A stretch of 36,339 nucleotides of DNA from Psammoneis japonica (lineage: Eukaryota). The stretch covers positions 124,001-160,339 of the forward strand of contig QPGO01000170.1 of NCBI GenBank assembly GCA_008632985.1, given 5' to 3'. Below the pieces are notes generated by a model, which was given only the letters and a program-made list of their open reading frames with translations, was not told where the DNA came from and did not search any database. The translations under genes were made by a program, and so were the position numbers. Position 1 is the stretch's first letter. Every line of letters begins with the position of its first letter. Shown one piece after another: positions 32,455 to 36,339 of the stretch.

Positions 32455-32979
32455 CTGGTGCACAATACAGCAACGCAGGCGGAACGCATTCTGGCTGACA
32501 ACTGTCTGGCGGATTGAGTAGGCTATCGAAGTTTTTGAATGCAAAGACTCGAGAAGGATTTTCGGTATTTCTGTTTGAGTGTAAATGTGCACGGCATTCA
32601 TATCTCATCAGCTGCTCTGTATCAAAAATGAAATCAAAAGACAAACAGGCTCTGACACAAAGTGACAAAGAAAAGCCAGTGGATGAGGGATACAAGAAAC
32701 GATGCTGAGGCTGAGGTCATCCCCACATTATTGTGAGACAATAACTATCGCGAGCGGAACATTCTCGCCGGCATTTGTGCAAAGATTGGAAAGTGTCAAT
32801 CACCTCGATGACCGCCTCAAGCGGATACAGACACGTTGATAGTCTAACACAGAGCGAGTGCCAAAATGAAACAAGAAACCCAGCGCCCATTTAACAGGAG
32901 TCTAGAGAATGAAATCTCGAGGGAGGCAGGAACGGACGAAACGGTGAAGTCCATCGTAGACGGACAGGATACCTAGAGT

Positions 32980-33864
32980 TGGACTCTTAGGTGCTGTCAC
33001 GGAAGTTACAATGAAAATCAAGCCGAAAAAGGCTCTGGCCGTGGAACCCGCAGAGTACACGGTCGAAGAGTCATGGAAGAGTTTCGAGCCAACGCGGACA
33101 ACATCCTAGATCGAAACGGGATCTTCATGTACGTCTTTCCAATGTTGGGGACCATCACCGTTGATTCACTCTCTTATAATGAAAATGAGATCAAAGGCGA
33201 GGTTTGTGAATTTACCGCAATTTCGGCTTCAAAACAGCATCATCATCGTACGGCAGCAAAACTATGAATACTCCTTCGCTCTCCGACAGGGTCAAGTACT
33301 GGATGGTGGATAAATATTTGCATCGTTTGCAGGCTTCCTTGAAGATATTGAGTTCGGACACTTTCAACCCCACTGACCAAAGCATCCGCTATCGAAAATC
33401 CCGGTGTTCAGCGCTTTCTCTTTACATTCTGGGCGTTTCCATTGGAAAAGGCGGGTGAGATCATGTACGAGTAAATGCAATTCAATGTAGAGCACTACAA
33501 ACGAACGGGGTATCGTATCAGTGTGCCCTCTATTTCGTACATTCAATGGTTAGGCGACGACAAGGCACACTTCTCCTACAGCTCTGGTAGAGAGGACGTG
33601 ATTACTATTGATCCGGTGTCCTCGGGGGATTATGGTGACAGCAATAGTTGGCAAAAGTAATTGGAAGAATACAATGGATTCGCCATTAAGCGAAACGGCC
33701 GCCCCATGTTTAATCAGTCTCCTTATATTCCTCGTGACCAAGTTGTCACAGCATTTTGGGACGAAACGTTGAAAGCATTCGAAGAAGTTCGTCATTATTA
33801 TGATCCGGGACAAAGGCTTGTCAACAACTACATGCGCAAGCTACTGAATATTAAAGCCATCTAA
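32980..33864 (+). pseudogene. FAD-linked oxidase (ALO/GULO-like) C-terminal remnant
   Basis: GLLGAVTEVTMKI (~32982), then FWAFPLE, ITIDPVS, NGRPMFNQ, FEEVRHYYDPGQRLVNNYMRKLL. In-frame TAA at 33472 and 33658, plus frameshifts. Confidence 0.65.
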
Positions 33865-34200
33865 TGGTTGTTTGATGATTTCGGGTTAAGGTGTTCATGC
33901 CGATGCTACGTCGCTCTAGCTTCTAGGATATAACGTTTGGAATCATCATGATGCTTACATTAGCGTAAGAGTAAGTAGCCCTTTAGTAAGTCGAAAACAT
34001 GACGCAATGAACGCAGGACACTTTCACATAACGTGGATCTATTTGCATGATTCTTTGACGCGTGCATTAACTCCCTGCTACGCTAAATAAAGCCCGAGAG
34101 TGAACCCAAAATGTATGGTTCAAAAAAAAAATCAAAACAAGACTACTACTAGAGTGTGCAAATCTAAAACATGTAGGTATGTATAGGGCCCTACGTCAAC

Positions 34201-35300
34201 CTATCCGCCCAAAACAATGTCAACGAGCTCCTCCGTCTCATTGGGTAGTTCGACAACGTCGAAAACGTACGGCGATTCTTCCGCCGCCAAGTGTTCAATC
34301 AATTCTTTGAGTGTCGTTTCGCGCGCCAATGAAATGGGCTTCCCGCTACTCAGCTGTAGCATAAATTCAATTGACGTTCCTTGGTGACAAAGAAAAACCT
34401 TTGAGTTGACTTTTCGCGCAACAACAGCTGCATCTTCGATCGTCGCATCTAAAGGCACCTTTTTAGTGTCTACCAAGACGGATGCCTCATAGAATGTATT
34501 CCATGCACATGTCTTCCGTCGGAAAGTTACCACAGGCTTATTCTTCTTCTTCTTGGTTTTCTTGCTGCTACTTTTCTCTTCAGCCGCTGGAGCGGTGTGC
34601 TTCTTGCCGGCTACTTTGCCTGAAGATTCTTCCGTCTTCACAGGCTTGTTCTTCTTCTTCGTTTTCTTGCTGTTTCTTTTCTCTTTAGCCGCTGGAACGG
34701 TGTGCTCCTTGCCGGCTACTTTGCATGAAGATTCTTCCCTCGTAACAGAGAAGCGAAACCCCTCCAGTGTCGTGTCAGTTGCCACACCCCAATCGGCGTA
34801 CTCAGGATCTCCCCANTAAAACGTTGCCGCTGTCCAGGTTCATCCGACCATTTGTCCGTCCGGCCTTTAATTAAGCAGAAAACTTGCTCCTTAATATCGT
34901 AATCCTCTTTATGGTCATCGATCCATGTCAAGAAATTTTCCAAATCTTTTTTTCCAATAGAAAAGTGCGACTCGTCCTCACAAATCTCGTCTCCCTTCTT
35001 CATCCGAAAGTAATCACGCACCATCACATTAGCTGTTGTAGGATAACGACCGTATCCAAGTACGGTAATATGGCAATCCCTGACTGGATAGAGACGCACA
35101 AATCTCTTTTCATTGCACTCTTTGACAAAGCCCAGACCACCAAAGCCTAACCGTTTTTCAACCTCTTTCATAACTTCCTCGAATTCCTCCTTTTTCAATT
35201 GCTTTCGTCGACCTTGAGCATTTCTGGTGGGGAACTTAGCATCGCGGACTTTGTCGTACTCTATCGTCGCTGTGTTTCTTGGGAAGATGTTTATCGACAA
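34201..35300 (-). CDS. Hypothetical protein, probably one gene split by an indel at the N near 34816
   Basis: ORF 34716-35300 changes to the frame of 34201-34785 (GDPEYADWGVATDT) at the ambiguous base. Start uncertain. Confidence 0.55.
34527..34740 (-). repeat. ~105-bp in-frame tandem duplication (Lys-rich)
   Basis: EESSCKVAGKEHTVPAAKEKRNSKKTKKKNKPV / EESSGKVAGKKHTAPAAEEKSSSKKTKKKKNKPV. Confidence 0.85.
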
Positions 35301-35360
35301 GTGGAGACTCCAAAATAATGTCGGTCTCCAAAAAACTGCCTGGCTCCTTGATTAGAGCAG

Positions 35361-35828
35361 CTACAGCCTTAGCGTAGGCATTGTAATTAATTCCCGAAGC
35401 TCTAGGCGACGCTGCATTCTGCTCCTGCGCTTGTTGCGGGACTGAGACGTCTTGCGTGTCCGGGGTTTCAGACCCATCCAGGAAGCAGGAGACCCCTTTT
35501 GTTTCTCCGCCAGTTCATTCAGACCAGTCCCAAATGGAGCGGTGGTAACTATTTGGGGCGGTTTGCCTACTGCCGCGAACTTATCACCACGATGTTTTTC
35601 TTGCAAACCATCATTTAGGTGAACCTCACCAAACTCAATGTTTGCCATCTTACAATTCCCGCAACCTAAGTCGTAGTGATCATGGTGTTCACAGGACTTC
35701 ATCGTGATTTGAACCGTCTGCGCTTCTGCTCCACCCGTCTCCGATTGTAACAGTAGAGCTACAAGAATATTCTTCGGAAGTGTCGCTTGCAGCTTCTTCC
35801 GGCTCGTTTTCTTCCACCCATCTATCAA
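35361..35828 (-). CDS. Hypothetical ORF or exon
   Basis: 155-aa open frame with a CxHH..C..C cluster and a basic C-terminus; no recognised family, non-ATG track start. Confidence 0.3.
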   Translation of the reverse strand: MIDGWKKTSRKKLQATLPKNILVALLLQSETGGAEAQTVQITMKSCEHHDHYDLGCGNCKMANIEFGEVHLNDGLQEKHRGDKFAAVGKPPQIVTTAPFGTGLNELAEKQKGSPASWMGLKPRTRKTSQSRNKRRSRMQRRLELRELITMPTLRL

Positions 35829-36339
35829 TCAATCGGCCAAGCGGTGTATCATCATCACTCTTGCACCCATGAATAACAGGTGGAGACGACATGGCGTACA
35901 AAGTTTGATCTGATGGAGGGACGAATTAGTATGTGAGCAACGTGATGACACCGTGCAAACAACGAATCATGTCAATCCCAGACCTTCATTCCATATGGTA
36001 ATCGCTCTTGTTGCCAATGATTGCTTACCTCAGTAAATAAATCAGTCGATCGTATTGTATAACACCAGCGTTTCTGGGCTTTGAGAGAGCTTCTACAGTG
36101 GTTGAGAACGAGTGCAAATGTTACAGCGCTTGCAAATACGGTATGTACAGTAATGTGAATGAAGTCTCTCGATGTTTTCGCGATGCCGATTCGCGATTCG
36201 CGATCGTTCCCCCCTTCTTGTTCACGACTCCAATTCTTCAACGAACCGATGACCGATCGTGACACAAAAAAAGGAACTTTTAGGACACAAAAATCGATAC
36301 TAAGAGTTTTAAGCATTCTGATTGGCTCTCCCCAATGTC

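Overview
Eukaryotic genomic DNA, most likely a diatom (inferred from a CoDi-type copia element, a Plavaka-like transposase and ~80-90 bp introns). Ordinary-composition flanks (1-~1.65 kb; ~28.5-36.3 kb) carry host-type genes: a partial hypothetical gene, a coiled-coil/TM protein, an FG-GAP propeller membrane protein, a decayed FAD-linked oxidase and hypothetical ORFs. Between them is a ~27 kb repeat island in which TpA is almost absent. It contains a decayed Plavaka-like transposase and nearby decayed genes (DOT1-like methyltransferase, PhyH-like 2OG-Fe(II) dioxygenase, possible second methyltransferase). A complete Ty1/copia element (276-bp LTRs, TGTCT target-site duplication, open gag-pol) is inserted into the transposase. 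The main signal is a post-integration, double-stranded TpA->TpG/CpA (A->G) hypermutation confined to this island. It is visible in the LTR pair, in Tyr->Cys/His changes at conserved motifs and in splice signals, and it acted while CpG was still intact. This looks like a RIP-like genome defence of opposite polarity to fungal RIP. All counts are by hand, family assignments are motif recognition without a database search, and I cannot verify novelty.
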